From assembly GCA_051294375.1 (NCBI GenBank), contig CM119267.1:16904606-16968605 (forward strand): a DNA stretch of 64,000 nucleotides, read 5' to 3'. The translations under genes and the position numbers were made by a program. This stretch comes from Paraspadella gotoi. Taxonomy: Eukaryota; Animalia; Chaetognatha. This document shows, piece by piece, positions 13,901 through 25,101 of this stretch; position 1 is the first letter of the stretch; every line of letters begins with the position of its first letter. A model generated the notes under the pieces. That model was given only the letters and a program-made list of their open reading frames with translations. It searched no databases and was not told where the DNA came from.

Positions 13901-14649
13901 GCGGCGGGCGCGGCGGTCGAGTTGGGAACATGACTGGTTGCGACTGGTTTGACCGAAGCGGTAGGGATGGACGCTGAGGCAGCGGCCCCTTTGCCAGGCC
14001 CATTGGGAGTCGGTGTAACCGATTTAATAGAGGAGGGCGTTTCGGCGCCGGAACTCCCAGTAGTCGAAGAGGAGGAAGATGCCACCGAGGCGACGGCCGG
14101 ACGCTTCGTCCAAGCGTTGACTGTTGGAGGCGGAGCTGGGGAAAAGATTTTCTTCGCACCAGCAGAGGGGAGCGCTTCCTTCGATCCGGCGATTGGGATG
14201 GAAGACGGGGCGGAAGCGGGGACGGGTGAACCCTCCTTAAAGGAAGTATCACTAACGTAGTGAGTTTGTCGATGCGACGACTGCGAAGGGACAGAAGGAA
14301 GACTCTCTTTAAAGGCGCCGTTGTTGCTGTGGTGACCAAGATCTTCGTGGATGACGCGGTTAGAAGTCGCGCCGGAAGGTAGAGCGTTATTGATTCGGGG
14401 ACGGGACGGCGGAGCGTCGCCGGAAAACGAGGACGCCGACGCCGCCGTAAACCGCTTATCTTTCTGTTGCGCCTGTTTCTGCTTCTTCTTTTGGACGGGT
14501 TGCCAATCCTCGACGGGGGCGTCGTCCATTTCGCTCTTGCCGGACCCGGCAGAGTCGGGCGGGGGCGGCTGGCGCGGGGACTCGATCGAAGAGGACTTCG
14601 AGTCCCGCGACGCGTCCCGCCCAGCGGGGGAACGGCCTTCAGGCTCCAT
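1..14649 (-). CDS. LARP1: La-related protein 1, multi-exon, 3' part continues beyond window start
   Basis: Exon 653-795 encodes La motif EQIKDMVRKQIEYYFSAENLVKDTFLRRSMDAGGFISISFLAGFPRVQ, continued in 1-134 (SMTQDVGIIVDALRESSILEV...PTIWP). Upstream exons give APPPTVNAW, SSWPSLG, KKKGKWKPLEIE and RG repeats typical of LARP1. Start assumed at first ATG (14649) of the large exon; ~8-kb intron 5588-13529. Confidence 0.9.
1368..2239 (-). CDS. Candidate alternative (terminal or cassette) LARP1 exon, ~290 codons
   Basis: Stop-free frame inside the LARP1 intron; acceptor cag|AC ATG at 2239 is phase 1, matching upstream donor CAC G|gtaagg at 2385. Confidence 0.5.
7695..7965. repeat. (GA)n microsatellite cluster
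   Basis: Long GAGAGA tracts at ~7715-7770 and ~7880-7965. Confidence 0.95.
8878..9722. mobile_element. Tc1/mariner-like non-autonomous element (MITE)
   Basis: TA|CAGTCCTGTGTAAAAAAACGAGCCACTTTAT at left; its near reverse complement ATAAAGTGGCGCGGTTTTTTTTTCACAGGAC ends at 9720; right end decayed; no transposase ORF. Confidence 0.7.
11338..11380 (+). ncRNA. Minimal type I hammerhead ribozyme (Penelope-like-element type)
   Basis: AACG-CUGAAGA-A-GGCUU-guauuca-AAGCC-GAAA-CAU-GUC/CGUU: core boxes, 5-bp stem II, stem I AACG/CGUU, palindromic ACAUGU at helix III, GUC cleavage triplet; flanked by perfect 25-bp inverted arms 11303-11327 and 11397-11421. Confidence 0.8.
11531..11597 (-). ncRNA. Degenerate hammerhead (minus) with partial inverted plus-strand copy
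   Basis: Minus: CG-CUGAUGA-A-GGUUU-gaauuaau-AAACC-UAAA-CGU-GUC (GAAA mutated to UAAA); plus 11572-11597 retains ...AAACC-GAAA-UAU-GUC. Confidence 0.6.
11665..11876. mobile_element. MITE with internal degenerate TAACCC repeats (copy 1)
   Basis: TIR core ATTTTACTTTCGCCGACC / GGTCGGCAAAAATAAAAT; flanks TAAAAACA / TAAAAACC (7 of 8 match); homologous in inverted orientation to 13001-13178. Confidence 0.75.
11860..12605. repeat. Recent ~340-bp direct duplication
   Basis: ~11860-12195 is almost identical to ~12265-12605 (TAACCCTAAAAACCTATAATATTAGCC...AAAGATGATAATGAT). Confidence 0.9.
13001..13178. mobile_element. MITE with internal degenerate TTAGGG repeats (copy 2), 8-bp TSD
   Basis: Ends GGGTTAATTTTACTTTCGCCGA ... 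TCGGCGAAAGCAAAATTTTGAC; exact TSD GAAAGTCC at 12993-13000 and 13179-13186. Confidence 0.85.
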
Positions 14650-15689
14650 CGTTGGAGTTTGGCAGGGCTCAGGGGAAGAGGGTGGGACGAGGGGGAGATC
14701 GGAGTTGGATAGAGAAGTCAGGAATTCCAATGATGATAAGATGATTTTCCTTCGATGCGAAACCTAAACGATCAAAGAGTAAGAGCGTTTAAGTATTGCT
14801 GGAAGAGTAAGGAAAGCAAAAAATACCATGGTTTCGTTTACTGCACGTAGAAAACCTAGATTTTTGTTGATATATTTCGAAAGTAAATGTTTCAATCAGA
14901 GATATTGTCATTAGGATGAAAACTAGTAATAAACACGAATTAACAAAATAACGCACTTTCATCCAGAAAAAAATATTTTCGTGAAAAACAAAAATTTCAA
15001 AACCGACTTTATTATAATGATTTTCTTATCCACCACGATCGCATTCAAAATACATCTTATGACGATTTTTCAAGGTGCACTCGATATGAGTAGAACACAG
15101 AAAACACAAATTCATTCAGAGTTTCAGAGTTTTTCCTGGACGAGGCTCTGCACGCCAGCATATAAGCCTTAACTCGGATGCAACGTGGGTCGCCGGCCCG
15201 AAGCCTCGACACGATAAGGTCCAACCAAAAATCGGGTCGAACTCCACGACGAGGCACAGGTTTTTCATCCAAACGCCATAGGATTGCATAAAACTGAGAT
15301 GCTTATTAATCAACGGCATGGAAAGTGATAAAAAACTTTAGGAACGCCAGAAAATATTCAACAGAAAATAAGGTATATGATGCGGGATCCATTTTGATTA
15401 TTTCTTCATCACCACGTGACGCTTAAACCTTGAGACAAAAAAAAACGCGCCATAACTCACCAAGCGTTCAATGCAGAGCAGAGAAAAACGAGCGACCGTT
15501 TCCCCTTTGACCGTGAGATCTGTTACAATTTGAGGAATACCGCGATGCTAATTTACCCATTTCACGACGGTAATTTCGCGCCTGGAATAAGAGAAACGGC
15601 AGAATAATATAGAAAGTCTAATTTCAAGCGAAAAGAAACGCACGTCGCTGAAGAGAAGCGCAAGCGTAGAAAAATAAAAAGAAACTGAA

Positions 15690-15745
15690 TGCTTGAGGCG
15701 GATTGGTCGACGAAAAAGTAGTTCTCTCCTCTCATTGGTCGAACC
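15690..15745. promoter_or_regulatory. Probable bidirectional promoter (two ATTGG/CCAAT boxes)
   Basis: GATTGGTCGA and CATTGGTCGA lie between a likely LARP1 5'UTR exon (donor gtgagt at 15460, minus) and a plus-strand ATG at 15806. Confidence 0.45.
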
Positions 15746-15805
15746 AGTACAACTTAACAAAAGAGCATACAATTTTACAGGAAGCGAACGAGAGTTCGCC
15801 GAGAG

Positions 15806-18800
15806 ATGGATCATGGATCTGAAGCTTCATGTAAAAGAGTCAACAAAAGGCCTACCGAATGTCAAAAAGAGATGCTGAGCCTTTTCTCAAGTTAGTATAT
15901 AAATTATAATATAATTATATTTAGGGAAAAACAGTTTTGAATTGTTTTTAAAACGAATTGTAATGGGCAATTTAATAGTCGGACCTTTTTTGACTCTGTA
16001 GTTAGAGTCTTCATCAGCGTTATACGTTATTATTGTCAAATACAATTCGTTGTAAAAACAATTCAAAACTTTTTTTCCTTAAATTCAAAACGCAACGAAA
16101 AAAGAAAGTAAATACGCAATATAATTATATTATAATACTATTAATAATATATAAAGTTAGTATATAATACTATTAATAATAGTATTATATACTAACTTTT
16201 ATTAATAGTTTGATTCAGAAAATCTTTCGGCCCAAGAATAAAAATTTTTCGATATATACAGTTTGTCCCAATGGTACTGTCCGTTAATAAAGATACACTA
16301 TTCCTATACCAGATCGAAAGACTTGAGTTCATTATCATGAATAAGTAAGGACCTTTTCATAGTCTATGACATAGGATACCTAAATTGTAAAAATTATTAC
16401 ATAAAGTTATTACATAAAGTAATTAGTAAAAAAAATTTTTCGGTGATAAAAAATATTATTCAATCATGTATTCTTTTAAATTTAATTAACAATTTTTATA
16501 ATATTTATTAAATAATATTTTAAATTGTTTCCTTAGTTGCAGGACAGTGAGAAACAACCTCATATTTTTAGCTCCAGAGCTTTTATAATATATATATATA
16601 TATATATATTGGTTGTACCAATTTCATAATATTTATTCTTTTTAAAATTATCTATTTACCTTGTTCATATTATTTTTTAAATTGATTTAATTAGAATTTA
16701 TTGAATAACTATTTTGTTCTGGCTCATGACTTTAAATAATGGAATTTAAATATCAGAATAATTAGCAAAGTATCTTTAATAATGTTTTTTAATATATGCA
16801 TTTTTCTTTTTATTAATGCACTTATTTTATACAAATTTATATAATTTATATCCATTTAAAATATTTAAAATATTTTTATGTAATTTTTTTAATAAAATTC
16901 TTTTTAAAATATAAAAGATAATTTAAATTTGAATTGAATTTTTTACAAATAAAAAATTATAAAAATTGAATTAGAAATATAGTATCATAAATGGTAAGAA
17001 CTTATCTTTGACCTTGTTATCTCAGAAATAAGATTTAAAAACACAGTTCAGCACAATATATAAAATTAAACCGACAGTACCATTGGTACACACTGTATAG
17101 ACTTTGCATTATTTTATATTTTGTCATATATATTGGCAAAATAAAGGCGCCGTCGGGCTAAATGTTGAGATTTCTTACTCTTTACGTACGTGTAATACAG
17201 CGAGGCCTGTTGTTCACCTTGGAGGTCGAGAGATCTTTCGATCCAGTTGGCAGTTAAATCGGACGTAAGCTTTTTTTCCTAAAAATCAATTAAAAATAAC
17301 ACGAGGCCGAAATTTTTATAAATTAACCCATAAAGAAGACGTAGGGTGAAGTTAGACTTAGCATCATTGTAATGATCATTTTGATAATATTTATGTACGT
17401 ATGAGATTGGAATAGATAGGAATTGGAATAAATTGAAATAAATTGAAATAAAAATATATTTAAAACGAAACTTCTCTTTTCAAAATCCAAAACCACTCAA
17501 GGAAACAATCGTTTGTTAAAAAAAAATTATCACTTTAATTTTACTCGATACATTTTCGTAATAATTTCGAAATAGAGATAGTCTATAGACTATAGATGAA
17601 GGGATTTTTAACTGGAGAACTCAGTTATTAACGGAAATTAAATTAATCGTGACCCTGCTACAGAGCTCTACTCATTAACTCCATTCGATTCATCCTCACA
17701 TCCAAGATGTCGAACAAATTGTTTCAAAATTTAATAAGAATTGTTTCTTTACAATTGGTTCTAATCATCAGCTTTTTGACCAACATAGCGAATAATAATA
17801 ACGAAGTAAAAGCTTTGAAGAAACAAATCGATAGAGGTATAACCTCCTTTCTTGGTTATTTATTTTTTTTCTTCATTTTAAATTTAATTGCGCCTAGAGT
17901 TCTCTCGGTATAAGTATATATAAAGTCATTATCGGTCTGTCTATCTTTTCGTTTATCTAACTTTTATTATAATATGTATTTTAAAAAATAATAAAATATT
18001 TTAAAACCTAATAAATAAATAAATGAAACGTTTTTTTAATTTTTTTTGTTACATGATCACAAAAAAATAAGATTTTATAAAAAAATATATTAATACCTTA
18101 TGGTGTATAATGTTGAAATTAAAATTAATTAGTAAGCAGGAATATATTATAAAATTTTATAATACAATTAAAAATAAATTTTATATTTTTATCTCCCCAG
18201 ACGGGCCTGGTGACGTCATCGTCATTGTCGTCTTCGTCACGCTTTTTTACAATTAAAAAAAATTGTAAAAAGTTAAAAATTTAGATAAAGCTTTTCATCA
18301 TCAAGATCTTTTAAAATGACATATCATAACATGAAATGACATCGTCATAGTCGTTGTCGTCACGCTTTTTTATAGTTGGAAATTGTAAAAGTATATATTT
18401 GTAGAAAATTAAAAATTTGTTTCAATTTCTATCACATTATAACTAACTGTAATATGCAAATTAGTATATCTTTCAACTTAATTTTTTTCAATCGCTGCTC
18501 TTCTGATTCGTCTAAAAACGAGTTGAGCTCTGCAGCGGTGGGACTTTTCTTTCTTCTCTCTCTCTCTCCCTCTCGCTTTTTCTCTTTTTCTCTCTTCTGG
18601 TCGTCTAAAAATGAGTTGAGCTCTGCAGCGACTGGATTTCTCTCTCTCTCTCTTTCTCTCTCTTTTTTTTTTTTTTTTTCAATTTTTTTAATTAAATCAA
18701 ATTAATTAAATGCATTATTTTAATTAATTCAATTTATAATTTAAAATTTATTAACTCAATGCAATTTATTTATCTCTATTCTTCATTATTTTAATTAAAT

Positions 18801-20611
18801 AAATTTAATTTATTTATTCAATTAATTTTATTCATTAAATTTATTTAATTCAATTCATTTTATCCAACTCATTTCATTCATTTCATTGTATTTTTTAAAC
18901 ATTTTCCAATCAATAAATTCCTATCATCATATCAATAATTTGGTATCATCGCATCAATAATTCGTTATCATCATATCAATAATTCGTTATCATTGCAACA
19001 ATAATAAATAATTTGTTATCATCGCATCAATATTTCATTATAATCGCATCAATAATTCATTATTTTTGCATCAATAATAAATAATTTGTTATTGCATCAA
19101 ACATTTGGTTGTTTTTTTTTTTTCGGATAAATATTTAGCGATAGATCATTGTGATTTTAATATTTTTTCATTAATTTTTTTTAGTAACGTCTGGCAAGAT
19201 CACTATACTTTAAGATTTTTTAATATAATTCTTACGTTAAAATATTATCTTCGGAATATATACATAATGAGGCGCAAGACATTGGAATTGCCGTTCTCTT
19301 GGTTCAACGTTGTTTAAAATTTTTAATTGCGCTACAAGTTTTCCAGGGGTTTTTAATTTTTATTTGATGACATATAGATGACGCTGACGATCTGGTCGTG
19401 GATTGGAATAGAGCCATGAAATTCCGAGAATATCTTCAAAAAACCCATAAAAGCAAATCCCTGAGAAGGTTAGTTTGAATCATAGAAGATCGTCAACAAA
19501 TTTAAAATAACTGATTTTATATTTAGCACATAACTCAAATAACAAAATTAATATTAATTAATACTAAAAAAATCAATCAAGATTAATATTTCATTAATTG
19601 TTTTTATTTCTGGCCCTGCTTGTCTAGAAATAGATCCTTTTTAGACTATAATATATAGCTTATTTTTTTTTAAATGATAAATTTTAAAAATATTGTCGAT
19701 TCACTGACAATATTATTCAATACTCATGAATTTTCAAAATTTGAGTGGATCTGATTCTGAACCCACAAATAACTAACAAGCAACATCTAACTCACTACAG
19801 ACATTCCGGTCATTCTTTTATTCTTAAATGGTAAATACCGGGACTTCAAGGTGGAGTGATACGAAAAGACTTGATTAAACTTGTTTACGATTCTTTCAGT
19901 GTATATTATTTTTATAATATTTATTAATTAAAAAACTATTTGACAATTATAAGCGCGGAGTCACTTTTTTTCATTTTTTTCTTCAAAATTTTAACAGTTA
20001 ATTTTTAATATTGATTGTAAAGTTATCTGATATAAAGATAAAAATTGTTGGTTGTAAAAGACAGTTTGATGATTTATTATTATAAAAAAAATTCATATGT
20101 AAAACTTTTTTCATGTTAGTATTATTTATCAACAAAGTCATTTTTTATATTTTTTTTTCTAAATTAAAATTTTTATTTTTAATAAATTTTAAAGGGAAAA
20201 CATAATGATTATTCATATTATAAAAAAAATTTATATTCTGGTTCGTGATATATTTACTACAGTATCTTATTAATCAAATATATAAAGCATGAATATTTTT
20301 TTTATTGTTTTAAGAACTGAAAGATTGATATAAGATCCACTTTTAAAATAAAAATTCTACTGCAGAAATTTACACTCTGAGGAAAATCTTTATAACATAG
20401 CAACTATCCAAGCTAAAATGTTACGAATTGGTGGGAAAAATAGTCAAATATTTTTTATTAGAATAAATTTTTTTTATAACTATATCGCTCTTCGTTTCGA
20501 TTATATTACAATTTTTTTCGTTTCACTCCTGATTGAAGTCCTTGTAATGAGAGCCAATTCGGCAGCGGCAACAGTAATCCGACTAAACATATGTTTTCCT
20601 TGTGCTTTTAA
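15806..20611 (+). CDS. Orphan multi-exon small gene, possibly secreted peptide precursor
   Basis: Phase-consistent GT-AG exons 15806-15890, 17201-17264, 17664-17836, 19378-19468, 19801-19830, then 20539-20611 (alternative last exon from 20785). Hydrophobic stretch after Met at 17707. No family recognised. Confidence 0.4.
15919..16108 (-). mobile_element. Palindromic element with degenerate hammerhead
   Basis: ~55-bp imperfect inverted arms around minus-strand ACG-CUGAUGA-A-GACUCU-aacuac-AGAGUC-AAAA-AAG-GUC-CG (15980-16020); TTTCGTTG-type flank as in the 11280 element. Confidence 0.65.
16259..17095. mobile_element. Tc1/mariner-type MITE
   Basis: TA|CAGTTTGTCCCAATGGTACTGTCCGTT ... AACCGACAGTACCATTGGTACACACTG|TA. 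Confidence 0.85.
18908..19100. repeat. Degenerate ~21-bp minisatellite
   Basis: Repeated ATCAATAATTCGTTATCATC-like units. Confidence 0.8.
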
Positions 20612-21127
20612 AACTACTAACGAGCTTTTACATTTTCTATGAACATCAAATATAGTTAACTTCATCTAGATAGATACATAACGTAAAAAAATATAAATAA
20701 CAATAATAAATTTGAAATATGATTTGTTATAAAATTATCAGCCTAAACAGAGACATAAGAACGTGCCATTATTTCTTTTTTCAGTTTCTTTGGTTCACTC
20801 CGAGGAAGTTTGGATCCTGACAACGTCAAAAGGTCACCATTCATATTTATTGGAAATTGGAAAATGACTTTCCGAAGGGAAGAAATTCCGTGGAATCGAA
20901 TGAGAATTTTACCCGAAAGATCCTTTGGCTTTGGGATCGAAAGGCGACGAAAAAAAAAATTAAATCGACATTTTTAATTTCCCATTAAAATAAAGTATGT
21001 TCAAAAAGCGTAGAAGCAAATCAGTCTTGATTAATTAACAGAAAAATTTGACATCGTCAATACAAATTGATAAAAGATTTTTCGATAAAAGTTTTTTTTT
21101 TCAAGTAAATAAACAAATACTGATGAA

Positions 21128-23891
21128 TTAATTGTTGGGATTGACTCTGAGCTTTACATCGCCACCTCCCACGACCTCATCTTCATCTTCCTCTTCCTCG
21201 ATCTTCGCCATATCGCAAAACGTCGACAAAATCTTAAACGTGATGTACTGCAAAAAAAAAAATGTTATAAGTATTATTTTTTGATACTTATATAAATTTC
21301 AGATTTAAATTTTTGAAAATTAGGTGTGAAGAATAAAAATAATTTTTAACATAGTACAACTTAATATTTACCTTATCGATGTTGGTGATTATCAGAGCTA
21401 ATATAAGAAGTATGTCGTCGTCTTCCTTTTTAAAAACTCGCGGCACGAAGAGTTTAGTATATCGATATTTCTAAAATATAAAATTTTTGTAAAGACCGTC
21501 GGAATCATAAACGGCGATTAATAAAAACTTTGAATTAGATTTTCAAAGAAAACTCTCTTTTGTTTTCAGACCTATTTTTTGCCATAATCTGAACATATCT
21601 GACCTGCTTTTCTGGCACTAAAACTTCCGCGGCCATGATGTCGCTTCGGAATTGAAAGTTCCAGTAATAGATGTACCAAACGACGGGCACAATAGCAACC
21701 ACGAGTATTGCAACTGTATGAGTAATTGGATATAATTAAAAACCAATCAATTTTTAATAAAAGAACCTTACTGCCTGATCCATTTAAGTGCTTTAATATG
21801 TACATTGTACATTGTACAATGTACTCCGTCTTACAGATCAAAAAGGAGCACCGAACAACATCACTCTTTTTACAAAAAATTAAAACCCTCTGTATAAGCT
21901 TAGACTTTTAGGACCAACAATTCTTGAAAGTATAACCTCTTAATACTGCCCACTCACCTATATCGACGTACCAAATTATCACCGCGTAAGTATTAATAGG
22001 AATAACGCATGTTGTTTCGATTATATCAGTATTATTTTCAACAAATAGCAAGGAAGAGTTGTATTTGCAAGTCACTTAAAATAAAATAACGAATCAGAAA
22101 AGAAGGAGACGTTCCATTCTTTGATTAATTATAATTATAATCATACCTTCAGTTGGAAAACTTGGCTTGAAAAAATTGTCTTTGCTGACAAAAGGAGGAA
22201 TGATGACAAAGTAGCTGACAAAGGCTATGAGAAAACGCAGCGCTGCCAAAAAATTGTTTCACGATCATAATTTGGTTTTATACCATATACTTCCTCTAAA
22301 AATAAATAATACAATTATATGTACCTAAGATGTATAAAAAGTAAGTATGAGAAAAGTAGTTTCCTGAGATAGCTTTTAATCTTTGTCCGACAAAAACTCG
22401 GATCTTAGCAGTAATTTTGTGCTCTAAATTTCTCTGCAGTAAGTTGACGTGCTTCGTAGCATCACTATCCTCTTGAGCGGAATCCTTTTTTAAAAAAATA
22501 TGGATAAAGATTAGTAATCTTTGGCATATACATTGTTTAAATTAAAATTATCAATATTTGGACCGGCCGTCTGACTGGCATTCCGTCCTCGTCTCTCTCC
22601 ATCTGCTTGTCTTCGACGTCTGGATTTTCTATGGTGATGTCCAAAGACGTCAAAACCGTCATTTCCTGAAAAGAAACAAGCTCGTAATGAGAATTGCCCA
22701 TTAGAGAAACAGCAGAAATGAAAAAAAGATAAAACGGTTCATAAAAAAGTTTATGTTGCTACGCCAAATGTCTAGTTATATCTGTCTTCTGTTCAATTTT
22801 TTTTTAAGGTAACCTGACCTTACCCCCCCCCCCACTCTTACTCTCTCTTTATTCTTCAAATTTTTGTTTTTACTATTTTAAATTTTATTCTGTTGCTCTC
22901 TTTTTATCATGATTATTATTGCATAAAATATATGCCAAGTTATCTGGCAAATCGTAAAAATATTTTACCACTTCTTTGATGGGGAAGCAGTGTTAGTGTC
23001 TTGATTGAAAGCTTGTAGGATCCTGCTAAATATTATCTTATAAGACATACCCACCATAAGACAGAGGCCACAAAGCCTATTTATTGAATGAATGGATATA
23101 GAATAATTTTTATTCCTGATGCGATCATTGTCTAATTAAGTCTAAAAGAATTTTGGCTGGATAGTAGATACAAAACGTAGTCTGTTCGTGAAGCTTCCTT
23201 CATTTAACGAACCCAACACATCAGCTTACCTTGGCTTCTTTCATAATTGGCCCGATGGTCGATTGGGTAAGTCCGTGGCAAAAAAAGTAGGGAACGTAGG
23301 CGAGGAAAGCTTGGATGACGAGAAGGAGAGGAAGGAAGCCGAAGGATGTTCCATCAGTTCCGTTTCCTTAATATTTAATATACAGTCATACAGATATACG
23401 TAGAATACCACATGATTAATAATCAATAATTCTAATAGGCAATCACCGGCCAGGTTCTTTCCGCAATAAGAGACGAGAAAATGTATTGCTCCGGGTTGTA
23501 GTCCGAGGGGACGGCGCACTTCATCGGGTCAGAGACCTGACCCGCGATCAGCAGCGCAGCAAGAAACGTCGGCAGGTAGGTTCCCACCTTGCGAGCTGTA
23601 CGGGAAAAGGTCATAAAGAATTTAGAGCATGGAGAGCCAGGAATTAAATGTTTTCATTCATTTTTCATTCATTCATTAATTCATTCAATGATAGGCATTG
23701 TGGCGACAGCATATTCATTGAATATTATTCAATTCAAAATTATAATCGGCCAAATCGGTTTTTTTAAGTTTCACATTCGTGATTCGGGATCGATTCAAAT
23801 TCGCAAACTTACCCAGTCTGTCGATGGGAAAATCGAGTTCGATTTCTTCGCCGGCCAGATTACTGATTATCGAACCGACTGATTCCGCCAT
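21128..23891 (-). CDS. Pannexin/innexin-family large-pore channel, 10 exons, 1-nt frameshift in exon 2
   Basis: IELDFPIDRL before TM1; EL1 C-x17-C (CAVPSDYNPEQ..FLVSYC after frame correction); TM2 FLPLLLVIQAFLAYVPYFFC; EL2 FPTEVTC...TCVIPINTY; C-terminal DDILLILALIITNI; four hydrophobic segments. Confidence 0.85.
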
Positions 23892-24474
23892 TTTTTTTGT
23901 TTGTTTGTTTAAGTTTAATTATGTTTAGTTTCAACAAAAATAAATGGTATCATTCACATTTTTTTTTTCGACGAGAACTGAGATGAATTTCCTCGGGATC
24001 TAAATTATTGAAAAGCTTTTTTTTTTGTTCCTTTTGAGTGTATTTTAGTTAATATAGTTAATAATAAAAACCGGCACGATTGATAAGTTATTTTTATGTA
24101 CGAGTTGGTTTGTAACTCCCCGTCTTCTTTTGTGAAGTTAGTTTACGATACAGCCCATTCAATTTAAAGATACCCAATCTTATTTCTTCAAAGCGACGAA
24201 CCGCTCCTATAATCCTGCCAAATATAAGTGAGGCCAGGGAGCCTAGATAGTAGATATGGTTTATTAGAAACGAGGAGAAAAGAGAAACGGTTAATTCCGG
24301 TGAAAAAAAAACTCGAGAGAGAAACGATGTCAATCATGATAATCGTCAATTTCCGGTCTAAAAAGGTTGCACGATAAAGACTTAAGCGTTCCTAAACTGT
24401 AGTGTGATGAGAATTGGGGCGAAGCCAGAGAGGCAGCGACATTGTTGCTCGCTTTTTTTTGTAGCGACGAGAGG

Positions 24475-24520
24475 AGCTGATTGGTTGTCCAATTACGGCC
24501 AGAGTTCCGATTGGCTGAAA
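24475..24520. promoter_or_regulatory. CCAAT-box cluster upstream of pannexin/innexin gene
   Basis: CTGATTGGTT, TCCAATT, CCGATTGGCT within 45 bp, ~600 bp 5' of the ATG. Confidence 0.4.
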
Positions 24521-24761
24521 ACCAACTTGCGTGGGATTAAAAAAAAAACAACACTTGAGGTCGAAAATCAGAGTAAAGGAATCTTAGATCGTGACCTAAA
24601 AAAGATGAAGTGATGTGAGATTATTTCTTTTTTTCTCTTGCCCTGTTATCTGTAGTAAATGGTTGAGTGTCGGCCTAATGATTGATCGTGGTATTACTAG
24701 CGCGTGGGCGCGCCACCCTTCCGTCCATAGCAATGATAATTTCTTTTAAGTAGTTTTTATC

Positions 24762-24849
24762 ATGAAATTGGTACAACCAATATAAAAATTATCCATTCAT
24801 TTAATAAATAAGCTATCTTGCCCCTGACTTTGGACAGGCTTTGGTGGTT
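24762..24849. repeat. Short dispersed repeat family
   Basis: Reverse complement occurs almost exactly at ~44814-44892 and again at ~44981-45067; end fragments at ~16605 and ~33480; related sequence at ~22998-23110. Confidence 0.85.
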
Positions 24850-25101
24850 GTTGTTGTTGTTGTTGCTATTTTTTATCTATTTTTGTTGGCTCTATCTATT
24901 GTGTTTTGTTGTTGTTGCTGATGCCACAGATTTCGTCAAAGTTGAAAGGGCACGAATCCGTATCCTCCTAATAAGGAGAGAAATGCTCTTGATGCAAAAA
25001 CAGCAAAAACTTTGATGAAATCTGTGGCATCAGCAACAACAACAAAACACAATAGATAGAGCCAACAAAAATAGATAAAAAATAGCAACAACAACAACAA
25101 C
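24850..25101. repeat. 94-bp near-perfect inverted repeat with 64-nt spacer
   Basis: Arms 24850-24943 and 25008-25101 differ at one position. Confidence 0.95.

Noticed and set aside
13949-14767. Plus-strand ORFs over LARP1, and similar ones over NBEAL and EPS15
   Set aside because: Antisense shadows of GC-rich exons; no independent motifs.
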